From positions 497-64,496 of the forward strand of contig JAAWJI010000015.1 in the NCBI GenBank assembly GCA_022796795.1: a stretch of DNA of 64,000 nt. Reading direction: 5' to 3'. A program made the position numbers and the translations under genes. The DNA is from Lachnospiraceae bacterium (lineage in GTDB: Bacteria; Bacillota; Clostridia; Lachnospirales; Lachnospiraceae). The notes under the pieces were generated by a model. The model ran no database searches, was not told the origin of the DNA, and was given only the letters and a program-made list of their open reading frames with translations. Positions 29,127 to 37,631 of the stretch are shown here, in pieces. Each line of letters opens with the position of its first letter. Positions within the stretch are counted from its first letter, which is position 1.

Positions 29127-29621
29127 ATGATTTACAGAGAAGAATTTCAGGTTCAGTCCCGGGATCACGCCTGCAGCTTTCATGATGTGACGGCCCAGGC
29201 AAAGGAGATTGTGAAGCGCTCCGGCATTAAGGACGGCATTGTGGTAGTGTATTCTCATCACACCACCTGCTGTGTGATCACCCAGGAATGTGCTTTTGAT
29301 ATGTCCATGACAGGGCTGGAAACCTTACAGCAGGATCTGGTGGACGTGATGGAGGACATCATTCCCACCTGCCGGAGAGAGGGGCAGTACCTGCACCCGG
29401 GTCCCAAGGCTCTGGTGTTCGCCGAGGAGCATGGGGAGGACGCCCGGGGCTGCCACAATACGGACGCTCATCTTCGGTCCTCCATTATCGGACGCAGCGA
29501 GACTATTGTGCTCATCGATGGCCAGATGGATCTGGGAGAATTTGGATTTATACACTTTATAGACTTTGATCAGACCAGAGCCCGCAAGCGTACGGTTCAG
29601 GTCATGGTAATGGGGGAATAA
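29127..29621 (+). CDS. YjbQ/UPF0047 family protein (secondary thiamine-phosphate synthase-like)
   Basis: ...VVVYSHHTTCCVITQE... and ...CHNTDAHLRSSIIGRSETI... are YjbQ hallmarks. ATG 29127 follows AAAGGAAGA. Confidence 0.8.
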   Translation: MIYREEFQVQSRDHACSFHDVTAQAKEIVKRSGIKDGIVVVYSHHTTCCVITQECAFDMSMTGLETLQQDLVDVMEDIIPTCRREGQYLHPGPKALVFAEEHGEDARGCHNTDAHLRSSIIGRSETIVLIDGQMDLGEFGFIHFIDFDQTRARKRTVQVMVMGE

Positions 29622-29623
29622 CC

Positions 29624-30667
29624 ATGCAGTCTAAGGAAGCTTATTTACATACCCGCAACTATGGGTGCCGCATCCGGCAGTATTTCTGGAAGGATATTGA
29701 GATGCTGTCCCTGGAAAATGATGTGATTAAGGTGGTTCTGTCCCTGGGGAAGGGCGCCGATATCGTGGAATTTCTCTATAAGTCCAGGGATGTGGATTTC
29801 ATGTGGCACTCCTTTAACGAACAGAAAAACAGCAGGCACCAGTCTACCATCGCGCCGGCGGGAGGAAACTTCCTGGACTCCTATGGGGGAGGCTGGCAGG
29901 AGCTGTTTCCTACTTACGGCGGAAATACCATGTACCGGGGAGGACAGATCGGCGTCCACGGGGAGGCCTGCCTGTACCCCTGGAGCTATGAGGTACTTCT
30001 GGACACCCCGGAATGTATCCGGGTGAAGCTGAGCCTTCGGACGATCCGCACGCCGTTCCTCCTGGAGAAAACGATGACCTTGCAGGAGCACAGCGGTCTT
30101 TTGCAGATGGAGCAGTCCTGTACCAATCTGGGAAGCACCATCCAGAAATTCATGTGGGGACATCATCCGGCTTTTGGCTATCCCTTTCTGGATGAGAGCG
30201 TGAAGCTTCGCCTGAAGGGAACGCCCCATGTGCGGGTGCCGGCGGAAACCATTGCTAACCGCTGTCCTTTTGACCGGGAGACGGAAGGAAACTGGCCATT
30301 GCTTCCCGGAAAGGACGGGGAAATGGTGGATATGAGCCGGGCCAGGGACGCGGCGGACCGCATATACATGGAATACTGCATCAGCGATCTGGAGGAGAGC
30401 AGTTATGAGCTGGTAAATCAAAACCTGGGGCTTGGCATGCGCATGACCTGGGACCCGGCAGTATTCCGCTATCTCTGGATCTGGGGCATGTACTGCGGCC
30501 ATGAGGAATATCCCTGGTACGGCCGGGCCTACACCATGGGGGTGGAGCCCTGGTCGTCTATGCCGGGAAGCTATGAGGCGGCTTTGGAGAAGGGGGAGGT
30601 GCTTTCTCTGGAAGCGGGAAAGACCATGCGGACCTGGCTGAAGGCGGAGGCCTTTGCGGAAGGATAA
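29624..30667 (+). CDS. aldose 1-epimerase (mutarotase)-like beta-sandwich protein
   Basis: 347 aa of predicted all-beta character. ...GGGWQELFP..., ...HGEA... and ...WGHHPAFG... resemble galactose-mutarotase-like/DUF4432 proteins. Confidence 0.65.
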   Translation: MQSKEAYLHTRNYGCRIRQYFWKDIEMLSLENDVIKVVLSLGKGADIVEFLYKSRDVDFMWHSFNEQKNSRHQSTIAPAGGNFLDSYGGGWQELFPTYGGNTMYRGGQIGVHGEACLYPWSYEVLLDTPECIRVKLSLRTIRTPFLLEKTMTLQEHSGLLQMEQSCTNLGSTIQKFMWGHHPAFGYPFLDESVKLRLKGTPHVRVPAETIANRCPFDRETEGNWPLLPGKDGEMVDMSRARDAADRIYMEYCISDLEESSYELVNQNLGLGMRMTWDPAVFRYLWIWGMYCGHEEYPWYGRAYTMGVEPWSSMPGSYEAALEKGEVLSLEAGKTMRTWLKAEAFAEG

Positions 30668-30732
30668 GGGCGGAGTGAAAAACGGAATACGATGAGACAA
30701 AGTGATAAACCATCACGGAGGATGAAATAATC

Positions 30733-31671
30733 ATGGAAATTACGTTCTGGACTATGTTTAACCAGATGACGGGCCTGTTTGCGTTGCTGCTGATCGGATA
30801 CTCTATGAACCGACTTGGACTGCTGTCGGAGCACACCGAGGAGGTACTGTCCAGACTGGTCACCCAGCTGTTCCTTCCTGCTCTGACCATCTACACTTTT
30901 ATGGAGGAGTGTACGATGGAAAATCTTCGGACCTATGGGTCCTGGATCGTATATGGAACCCTGTTTGTGGGAGCTTCCATCCTCCTAGCCATCCTTTTGG
31001 CCAGGTTTATGGCCGGAAAAAATCGGTATCTGGAGGGGGTTTACCGATATGTGCTGGCTTTCCCCAACACAGGGGGTGTGGGAACTCCGGTGGTGCTGGC
31101 GCTTTTTGGAACTGCGGGGTTGTTTCAGTATCAGCTTTTCCAGCTGTTGAACAGTATTGCCACCTATGGCTGGGGAATTACACAGATGATTCCCAATCCT
31201 CCCGCTAGAACATGGACGGACCATGTGAAGCACATTTGCAATCCGGTGTTTGTGGCCACGGCTATTGGAGCGGTTTTGGGGCTTACGGGTGTTGGCAGCT
31301 ATCTGCCTTCGGTGGTGCCCTCCACCCTGCAGACCATTGGCAACGCGTATTCTGTTTCGGCCATGCTCTTGGTGGGCTTTGTGCTGGGGGATTATCGGGT
31401 AAAGGATATGATAAATGGAAAGACCTCCTATTTGGTAAGCTTTGTCCGTCTGCTGGTCATTCCCTGCCTGTATCTGGCGGTGTTGCGGCTTTTTCACGCG
31501 CCTCATATGCTCTGCGTCATGACCTGCCTGGTCTATGCGTGTCCGGCGGGGATGAATACGGTGGTGTACCCGGCGGCTTATGGCCAGGACACCCGGCCGG
31601 GAGCCAGCATGATTTTGATCAGCAGCGCCCTGTCTATGGTGACGATTCCCTGCATTTATATGCTTATATAG
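30733..31671 (+). CDS. AEC (auxin efflux carrier) family permease
   Basis: 312 aa, about 10 TM helices, with an N-terminal pattern (LFALLLIGY...RLGLL...LSRLV..LFLPAL) typical of AEC/MleP-like transporters. Confidence 0.85.
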   Translation: MEITFWTMFNQMTGLFALLLIGYSMNRLGLLSEHTEEVLSRLVTQLFLPALTIYTFMEECTMENLRTYGSWIVYGTLFVGASILLAILLARFMAGKNRYLEGVYRYVLAFPNTGGVGTPVVLALFGTAGLFQYQLFQLLNSIATYGWGITQMIPNPPARTWTDHVKHICNPVFVATAIGAVLGLTGVGSYLPSVVPSTLQTIGNAYSVSAMLLVGFVLGDYRVKDMINGKTSYLVSFVRLLVIPCLYLAVLRLFHAPHMLCVMTCLVYACPAGMNTVVYPAAYGQDTRPGASMILISSALSMVTIPCIYMLI

Positions 31672-31858
31672 AGCTTGGCCTTGCTGTGACTCCCGTGTTT
31701 CAGATTGGTGATAGACATGATTCATAAGCTGGTTGTAAAAGCGGCATAGCTGCTGGTAGGAAATACAAGATACGGTTGTGTGACTAATAGCTTCATGGGA
31801 TGCTCCTCTCTAACGTAGTGGTGCATGGTTTGCGGGTTTCATTTGATCACATACTTTT

Positions 31859-32119
31859 TTGCTTCCGGGAATTATCTCGGTGCTGATCTTTGACTTTGTA
31901 AATTTGTGGAACGAGCTGTTCAGCGCCACCCTGTTTTTGGATTCGGATAAGCTGAAAACCGTTACCATTGCCCTAAACGGGCTCATTCAGAAATATGATA
32001 TCGCCTGGGGACAGCTGATGGCCGGAACCATTATCTCGGTCCTGCCCACGGTTTTGCTGTTTGCTCTTATGCGAAAGTATATGATTGCCGGTCTTACCAG
32101 CGGGGCAGTGAAGGGGTGA
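31859..32119 (+). pseudogene. remnant: C-terminal ~86 aa of a MalG-type carbohydrate ABC permease
   Basis: The translation ends ...LMRKYMIAGLTSGAVKG, homologous to the C-terminus of the intact permease at 24605..25435 (...LQKYFIKGLVAGAVKG). Only the last two TM helices are present, there is no ATG or RBS, and there is no upstream partner. Confidence 0.75.
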
Positions 32120-32238
32120 ACAAAAAAAGTAACATAAATTGTGGTTTAAAAATAGAATAGAAAAAATTTGAGCTTTTTTATGGAAGCAAAACGAAAAATG
32201 TGATAAGTAAAAAGAAAACGACAGAGTGAGGTAGAAAG

Positions 32239-33285
32239 ATGTCCTTATTTGAAGTGAAGCTCTATGATAAGCAGTTCTATGAGGAAGAGCTAAAGGATTT
32301 TCTTCCGGATACATTTATAGACTGCCATACCCATATCTGGCTGGAGGAGCACAGCCATTACTGTGTGGACAAGGCCAAACGCTCCTGTGCCTGGCCGGGG
32401 ATGGTAGCCAAATATCAGTCTATTGAGGATTTGGAGGAGACCAACCATCTGCTGTTTCCGGATAAAAAGGTGATTTCCGTGCTTTACGGCCACACCCATA
32501 TCACCACGGATCTGAAGCTTGACAATGCGTATGTGGCGGAGGCGGCAAAGAAATACAAGTATCCGGCTCTCTATATTTCCCGTCCGACTCAGAGCGCGGA
32601 GTCTGTGGAGCGCTCTGTGCTGGCCAATCCCTGCTTTAAGGGGTTGAAGGTTTACCTGGAGTATGCGCCCTCCTATATCCCCAATCCGGAAATTCGCATC
32701 TATGATTTCCTGCCCCATGAGCATCTGGCCCTGGCCAACAAGCATCACTGGGTAGTGCAGCTGCATATTCCCCGGCCCAAACGTCTGGCAGATCCGGTGA
32801 ACTATGTGCAGCTGCTGGAGATTGAGCAGAAATATCCGGATCTGCAGCTGAGCATTGCCCATCTGGGCAGAGCCTATGCGGATGAGGATGTGGGAGACGC
32901 CCTGGAGTATTTAAAGGGGACGGAGAAAACAGTGTGGGATTTTACGGCCAACACCAATGCCCATGTGATGCAGCAGGTGCTGGAGTATTTCGGCCCCAAG
33001 AGGCTCATTTACGGCACGGATTTTCCGATCTTTCGTATGAAGGCCCGCCGGGTGGTGGAACATGGCTTCTATATCAATGAGGTTCCCCAGGGCTCGCTGG
33101 GAGATGTGTCAGAAGATCCCCACATGCGGGAGATTTCCTATCCGGAGGCGGAGAAGATTACCTTCTTTATCTATGAGGAGATTCTTTCCTGCAAGAGGGC
33201 CTGCCAGGCCCTGAAGCTGTCCAGGGAAGATGTCAATGATATTTTCTATGGAAACAGCGCGCGGATTTTTGGGGTGGGAGAGTAA
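32239..33285 (+). CDS. amidohydrolase_2-type hydrolase, paralogue of 25564..26631
   Basis: Roughly half the residues are identical by eye to the first copy (MSLFEVKLYD...FIDCHTHIW...LHIPRP...SIAHLGRAY...YGTDFP). RBS AGTGAGGTAGAAAG lies upstream. Confidence 0.8.
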   Translation: MSLFEVKLYDKQFYEEELKDFLPDTFIDCHTHIWLEEHSHYCVDKAKRSCAWPGMVAKYQSIEDLEETNHLLFPDKKVISVLYGHTHITTDLKLDNAYVAEAAKKYKYPALYISRPTQSAESVERSVLANPCFKGLKVYLEYAPSYIPNPEIRIYDFLPHEHLALANKHHWVVQLHIPRPKRLADPVNYVQLLEIEQKYPDLQLSIAHLGRAYADEDVGDALEYLKGTEKTVWDFTANTNAHVMQQVLEYFGPKRLIYGTDFPIFRMKARRVVEHGFYINEVPQGSLGDVSEDPHMREISYPEAEKITFFIYEEILSCKRACQALKLSREDVNDIFYGNSARIFGVGE

Positions 33286-33318
33286 AAGGTAAAAATAGAA
33301 TGGCTGTGGAGTGACAGA

Positions 33319-33350
33319 GGCCGGGCGGTGAGAGCTGCCCGGCTGTTTTT
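33319..33350 (+). terminator. rho-independent terminator
   Basis: GGCCGGGC ... GCCCGGCT GC-rich stem followed by TGTTTTT. Confidence 0.75.
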
Positions 33351-33606
33351 GGATGTGTATGCCATGAGCTTGCTTTAAGGAGGGGGAGGCTTCCTGTCAG
33401 CGGCAGAGTGCAACTGACAAAAAGTATCGTTGAATTTATTTCTGTATTTTTGTAAAATATAAATCGTAGGACGGCTCCCTGCCACGAGCGCCTGGGAGGA
33501 TTGTCATTTGTATTATATAAAAGGAACTTGGAAATACTTGCAAAGTCAATATAAGGGGTATGGACATTTGAGGTATCAAAATAAGAAAGGAAAGCCAGAA
33601 AAGAAA

Positions 33607-34521
33607 ATGTTTCAATATAAGAGGATTTGGTTAATCCTGCTTTCCTGCGCCCTCTTTCTGACAGGAATGGAAGGCTGCGGCAGCAGGATGGAGCAGACAG
33701 CTCCGGATACGACTCCAAATACAAGTCAGAATTCCGATTCACCCTCTCTGGGGGAAACCGTGCTGACCTTCATCCATGTGGGCAAGGGAGACGCTCTTTT
33801 ACTCCAGGTGCCGGACGGCGGATACTACATGGTGGATACCGGAAAGAAAAAGGATTATGAGGAGATTCAGCAGGTGCTGGAGCTGAAAGGCGTTACGGAG
33901 CTTCAGGGAATTTTTATCAGCCACGGGCATAGGGATCATGCCGGAGGGCTGGAACGGATTCTGGAGGAATATCCGGTGGAGCGGGTGTATCTGTCTGCTC
34001 ACAGGGACGCCTCCTTTGAGAAGGTTGATGCCGCGGCCGTGGCGGAGGAACAGGGAGTGGCGGTGGAAAAGCTGCAGCTGGGGGATGTGCTGACACTGGG
34101 CGAAGAAGGCCAGGGGGTGCAGGTGGAGGTTCTGGGCCCGGCACAGCCGGATGAGGAGAATGAGAACAATAACTCTCTGATTCTGCGGGTGGTCTATGGA
34201 GACACAGCGTTTCTCCTCATGGGGGACACCGAGGAGGCGTCGGAGGAGAGACTGATGGATTCCGGGGCGGAATTGGAGGCAGATGTGCTGAAATTAGGCC
34301 ATCACGGAAAAATGGATGCCACCTCGGAGGAGCTTTTGGAGCGGGTGAAGCCCTCCTATGGAATCGTGACGGCCAACCGGGAGAAGGAGGAGGGCTCTGC
34401 GGACCCGAGGATGGCGGAGCGCCTGAGGGACGCCCGGGTGCAGGTGTTTTATTCCGAGGGGAAGATCCGCGGGGTGGACTTTATTTCGGATGGCACAAAG
34501 ATTTCGGTGAAGAAATACTGA
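33607..34521 (+). CDS. MBL-fold metallo-hydrolase lipoprotein (ComEC C-terminal-domain-like)
   Basis: Signal peptide with lipobox-like GMEGCGS. It has ...FIHVGKGDALLLQ... and ...ISHGHRDHAGG... (HxHxDH) and ...LKLGHHG.... Confidence 0.8.
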   Translation: MFQYKRIWLILLSCALFLTGMEGCGSRMEQTAPDTTPNTSQNSDSPSLGETVLTFIHVGKGDALLLQVPDGGYYMVDTGKKKDYEEIQQVLELKGVTELQGIFISHGHRDHAGGLERILEEYPVERVYLSAHRDASFEKVDAAAVAEEQGVAVEKLQLGDVLTLGEEGQGVQVEVLGPAQPDEENENNNSLILRVVYGDTAFLLMGDTEEASEERLMDSGAELEADVLKLGHHGKMDATSEELLERVKPSYGIVTANREKEEGSADPRMAERLRDARVQVFYSEGKIRGVDFISDGTKISVKKY

Positions 34522-34555
34522 GTCGGAACATGAACACAGAGGACGGTGGAGCCCT

Positions 34556-34826
34556 ATGAGAATTGTGAAAACAGCGGAAGAGCGCAGAAATGAGATCCTG
34601 GATGTGGCCGGCCGGCTGTTTGCAGCAAAGGGCTTTGACGATACCAGTATCACGGATATTCAGAATGAGGTCGGCATTGCCCGGGGAACCCTGTGCTACC
34701 ATTTTAAGTCCAAAGAGGATATTCTGGACGCTATTATCGGCGGATCACGGGAGAACTGATGGGGAAGGCAAGGGCTGTGGCGAAACAGAGGGAGATCCCG
34801 GTTTTACAGCGCCAGCCGGGCTGGTG
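34556..34826 (+). pseudogene. TetR family regulator remnant (frameshifted and 3'-truncated)
   Basis: An intact TetR HTH (EILDVAGRLFAAKGFDDTSITDIQNEVGIARGTLCYHFKSKEDIL) stops at residue 67. A TetR-like continuation (RITGELMGKARAVAKQREIPVLQR) reads in another frame and ends at ~34826. The ligand-binding half is absent. Confidence 0.7.
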
Positions 34827-34857
34827 AGCCAGCGGTGAGAGAGTCGGAAATCATTGC

Positions 34858-34887
34858 TTGACAGAAAGGGGGATACCAGATTATAAT
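34858..34887 (+). promoter_or_regulatory. consensus sigma-A promoter of tRNA-Leu
   Basis: TTGACA (34858-34863), an 18-nt spacer, then TATAAT (34882-34887), about 45 nt upstream of the tRNA. Confidence 0.75.
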
Positions 34888-34932
34888 ACCTCTGGAGGCA
34901 GCCGGAACATGTGGGCGGCGGCCTATAGAAAA

Positions 34933-35014
34933 GCGGAAATGACGGAATTGGCAGACGTGCAGGATTTAGGTTCCTGTGCCGCGAGGCGTGAGGGTTCGAG
35001 TCCCTTTTTCCGCA
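34933..35014 (+). tRNA. tRNA-Leu (anticodon UAG), class II with long variable arm; CCA not encoded
   Basis: Manual cloverleaf fold. Acceptor GCGGAAA/TTTCCGC, anticodon stem CAGGA/TCCTG with loop TTTAGGT (anticodon TAG), long variable arm TGCCGCGAGGCG, T-arm GAGGG-TTCGAGT-CCCTT, discriminator A. Confidence 0.9.
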
Positions 35015-35020
35015 GACATG

Positions 35021-35066
35021 AAAGAGGCTGGAAGTGATACCTGATGGGGACCAGCCTCTTTTTTTA
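35021..35066 (+). terminator. rho-independent terminator after tRNA-Leu
   Basis: AAAGAGGCTGG ... CCAGCCTCTTT 11-bp stem followed by a T-run. Confidence 0.85.
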
Positions 35067-35460
35067 TTGCGAAGGATACGAACAGCATTCCAAAAAAACA
35101 AGAAACAGCTCCCGTAAATCCCCTGAAAATTCTTCTATACAGGTAAACTCCATACATGCAGAGACATTCCCGAAGGCTCCAAAGGCAGAGATTCCCCGGG
35201 CATAGGGATTGTCCTCCCCCGTGCAGCTGTAGGTCAGCAGGGTATAGGACTGTCCACCTGCGGTTATGGCTTCCTCCCCCAGAATTTCATAGCTGGATTT
35301 GGCTGTGGTGAGCCAGGAAGCTGCGCTCTCCTGTGCTTTTTCCGGGCTTCGAGCCTCGCCCAGAAGCAACCGAATGAAATTTCTGACGGGCCATGTTGAT
35401 GTACACCTGTTCCTGGGCAGGATCAAAGTTTGTAGAGCACAGCAGCATGCGTTTTTTGGG

Positions 35461-35490
35461 TTGACAAACGTCTACCTCTTAATCTATAAT
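35461..35490 (+). promoter_or_regulatory. sigma-A promoter of the BlaI/BlaR1-like operon with an adjacent imperfect dyad
   Basis: TTGACA (35461-35466), an 18-nt spacer, then TATAAT (35485-35490). An imperfect dyad ATAGGTA-N10-TACCTTAT lies immediately downstream and is a possible repressor site. Confidence 0.6.
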
Positions 35491-35616
35491 ATAGGTATAC
35501 AAGTGCTTACCTTATAGGAAACCCAATATGCAGCCGTTGCCTGTGAGGGACAGAAGTTAAATCAGATGATGGCGGCAGAGTCAGGTAGCATCAGATTTAC
35601 AGGATAGGAGGGTTTT

Positions 35617-35994
35617 ATGGTACATTTATCAGATGGAGAATGGAAAATCATGCAGCTTTTATGGCAGCAGGCGCCCCGGACCATTATGCAGCTGACGGCG
35701 GATCTGCAGCAGGAGACGGACTGGACCAAGCACACGGTGATTACCATGCTGAACCGGATGGAGAAAAAGGGGGCAGTCCGCTATGAGGAGGGAGCACGGG
35801 CTAAGCTTTACTATCCGCTTGTCGAGCGGGAGGAGGCGGCAGCCAGTGAGACCAGGGGATTTCTCAACAAAGTCTATGAGGGAAGCCTAAGCCTTATGGT
35901 TAACTCCATGGTGAGCCAGAAGCATGTAAGTCAAAAGGAATTGGAGGAGCTGTACGCGATTTTGCAGCAGGCGGAGGAGGAAACATGGAAATGA
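35617..35994 (+). CDS. BlaI/MecI/CopY family transcriptional repressor
   Basis: 125 aa. LSDGEWKIMQLLWQQAPRTIMQL...WTKHTVITMLNRMEKKGAV is the family wHTH. RBS AGGATAGGAGGG lies upstream. Confidence 0.9.
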   Translation: MVHLSDGEWKIMQLLWQQAPRTIMQLTADLQQETDWTKHTVITMLNRMEKKGAVRYEEGARAKLYYPLVEREEAAASETRGFLNKVYEGSLSLMVNSMVSQKHVSQKELEELYAILQQAEEETWK

Positions 35995-37580
35995 GATATT
36001 TTTTCTGGAGTTCCAGTTTTTTGATTTTGGGAATCTGTGTGATCCGGCGGCTGTGCAGTCGGGGCACCTCTATGAAGCACCGGTATACTCTGTGGCTGAT
36101 GGCGGTGGTGACGCTGTGCCTGTTGCCCTTTTCCAGCAAGATGCCTCCCAGCATGTTCAGTATTCTCAATGTGGCAAATGTCCTGGAGGGATGGATGGCC
36201 GGAGATGGAAGGGATCTGGAAGACCTGGAAACCGGAGACCAGGAGCATGGAAAGCAGACGGAGGCTTGGGGTGGTAAGGAAGCGGCGGATGGTCTGACTG
36301 CTCTGGAGGAGAAATCGTCCCAGAAGGCCTGGGGAACAGAAGAAGCTGCGGCAAGGGACAAAGAGATCCGGACTTCCCTGCTATGGGGCGTCTGGGCTAT
36401 GGGAGCTATGACCGTGGGCGGCTGGATGTTTTTGGTGAACAGACGGTTAAAGCGAAAGCTGCTGGCAGAGCGGGTGGCGCTGAAGGAGAAGAGCAGGCTG
36501 CCGCTGGGATGGAAATGGTTGACTCTGCCGGTATATCTGGTAAAGGAGCTGGCGTCCCCCTGTCTTATTTCCGTTAAGGGGGAGAAGGGGATTTACCTTC
36601 CGGAACATCTTCTGGAGGAGCCAGAGATTCTGCGTCATACCCTGGCACATGAGATCTGTCATGACCGGCAGTGGGATTTGCTCTGGAATAAGGTTCGCTG
36701 TGTGCTTTTGGCTCTCTATTGGTTTCAGCCCCTGGTCTGGATGGGCGGCTGGCTTTCCAGACAGGACTGTGAACTGTCCTGTGACGAGGGGGCGATTAAG
36801 CTTCTGGGAATAGAGGAGCGTTTTGCGTATGGACGTACTCTGCTTTCCTTTGTGGGGAAAGCCCCGGGCGCGGGGGGAATCGTTTGCACCGGCACCTGGA
36901 TGACAGCCGGAGCCAGGCAGTTAAGAGAGCGGGTGAACTGGATTGCCCGGGGTACAAAGCTGAACGGCTGGGCAGTGCTGGGATACGCCATGCTGCTGAA
37001 TCTGGTCTTTACCGGGGCGTTTACCCGTCCTATGGAGAATCCAGGCAGCTGGCGGGATACGCTGCGGAAAGAGGCGACCAGGAAAAGCCTGGAAGTTCAG
37101 GATCTGCGGCCTCTAGGATCCGGCGCAGATTCCGCAGAGAATGGGGAAATAGAGGCGGAGCTTGCCTTTTATCTGACAGAGCATCACCTGCTCTATGTGG
37201 GAGACGCTGTGGGCAGCGGCCGCATTGTGGGAGCCTGTACGAAAGCCATTGGCCTTGTGCCGGAGAATTCCTGCAGCACGGAGCTGCAGACCAGCCAGGA
37301 GCCCTATGTCTACCGGATGATTTTCCAGGATACGGACCGGGAGCTTCTGAATCTGGAGAATATTCGTGCCGTCAGCATCCTGGCCTTTGCGTCCATTGAC
37401 AATCTGGGAGCGCTGGAGGTGTACGTAGGACCTGACGGCTATGAAAAAGGAGAACAGCTGCTATCCGTAAGCCGCCAGGAAGCCATGGAGCTCTATGGTC
37501 TTACGGATTTAGAATTTTATGGCATGTCTGAGGAGAACATGGGGGAGCTGGTAGGGATGGTAGAGGAGCAGTTACTCTGA
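35985..37580 (+). CDS. M56 (BlaR1/MecR1-like) membrane metalloprotease sensor with a non-PBP C-terminal domain
   Basis: N-terminal TM helices and a zinc motif HEICH within LRHTLAHEICHDRQWD. The C-terminal ~170 aa lack transpeptidase SxxK/KTG motifs. The start overlaps the repressor gene. Confidence 0.85.
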   Translation: MEMRYFFWSSSFLILGICVIRRLCSRGTSMKHRYTLWLMAVVTLCLLPFSSKMPPSMFSILNVANVLEGWMAGDGRDLEDLETGDQEHGKQTEAWGGKEAADGLTALEEKSSQKAWGTEEAAARDKEIRTSLLWGVWAMGAMTVGGWMFLVNRRLKRKLLAERVALKEKSRLPLGWKWLTLPVYLVKELASPCLISVKGEKGIYLPEHLLEEPEILRHTLAHEICHDRQWDLLWNKVRCVLLALYWFQPLVWMGGWLSRQDCELSCDEGAIKLLGIEERFAYGRTLLSFVGKAPGAGGIVCTGTWMTAGARQLRERVNWIARGTKLNGWAVLGYAMLLNLVFTGAFTRPMENPGSWRDTLRKEATRKSLEVQDLRPLGSGADSAENGEIEAELAFYLTEHHLLYVGDAVGSGRIVGACTKAIGLVPENSCSTELQTSQEPYVYRMIFQDTDRELLNLENIRAVSILAFASIDNLGALEVYVGPDGYEKGEQLLSVSRQEAMELYGLTDLEFYGMSEENMGELVGMVEEQLL

Positions 37581-37631
37581 TCTGTGTTTACCTTCCTAAA
37601 CTAGTCCGGGTGTGTAAAAGCATGGACCATG

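Noticed and set aside
29645-30700. 351-aa minus-strand ORF
   Set aside because: It is antisense to the mutarotase-like gene. That gene is in an operon frame with tight spacing to its neighbours.
35064-35426. 120-aa minus-strand ORF next to the tRNA, considered as a real gene
   Set aside because: It has no ATG (TTG only) and no RBS, and its 3' end overlaps the tRNA terminator. I cannot assign a domain. I treat it as a possible relic rather than an annotated CDS.
34933-37580. tRNA-associated genomic island or prophage
   Set aside because: I saw no integrase, excisionase, phage or conjugation genes, and no repeat of the tRNA 3' end by eye. Only gene remnants flank the tRNA (reported separately as a boundary observation).
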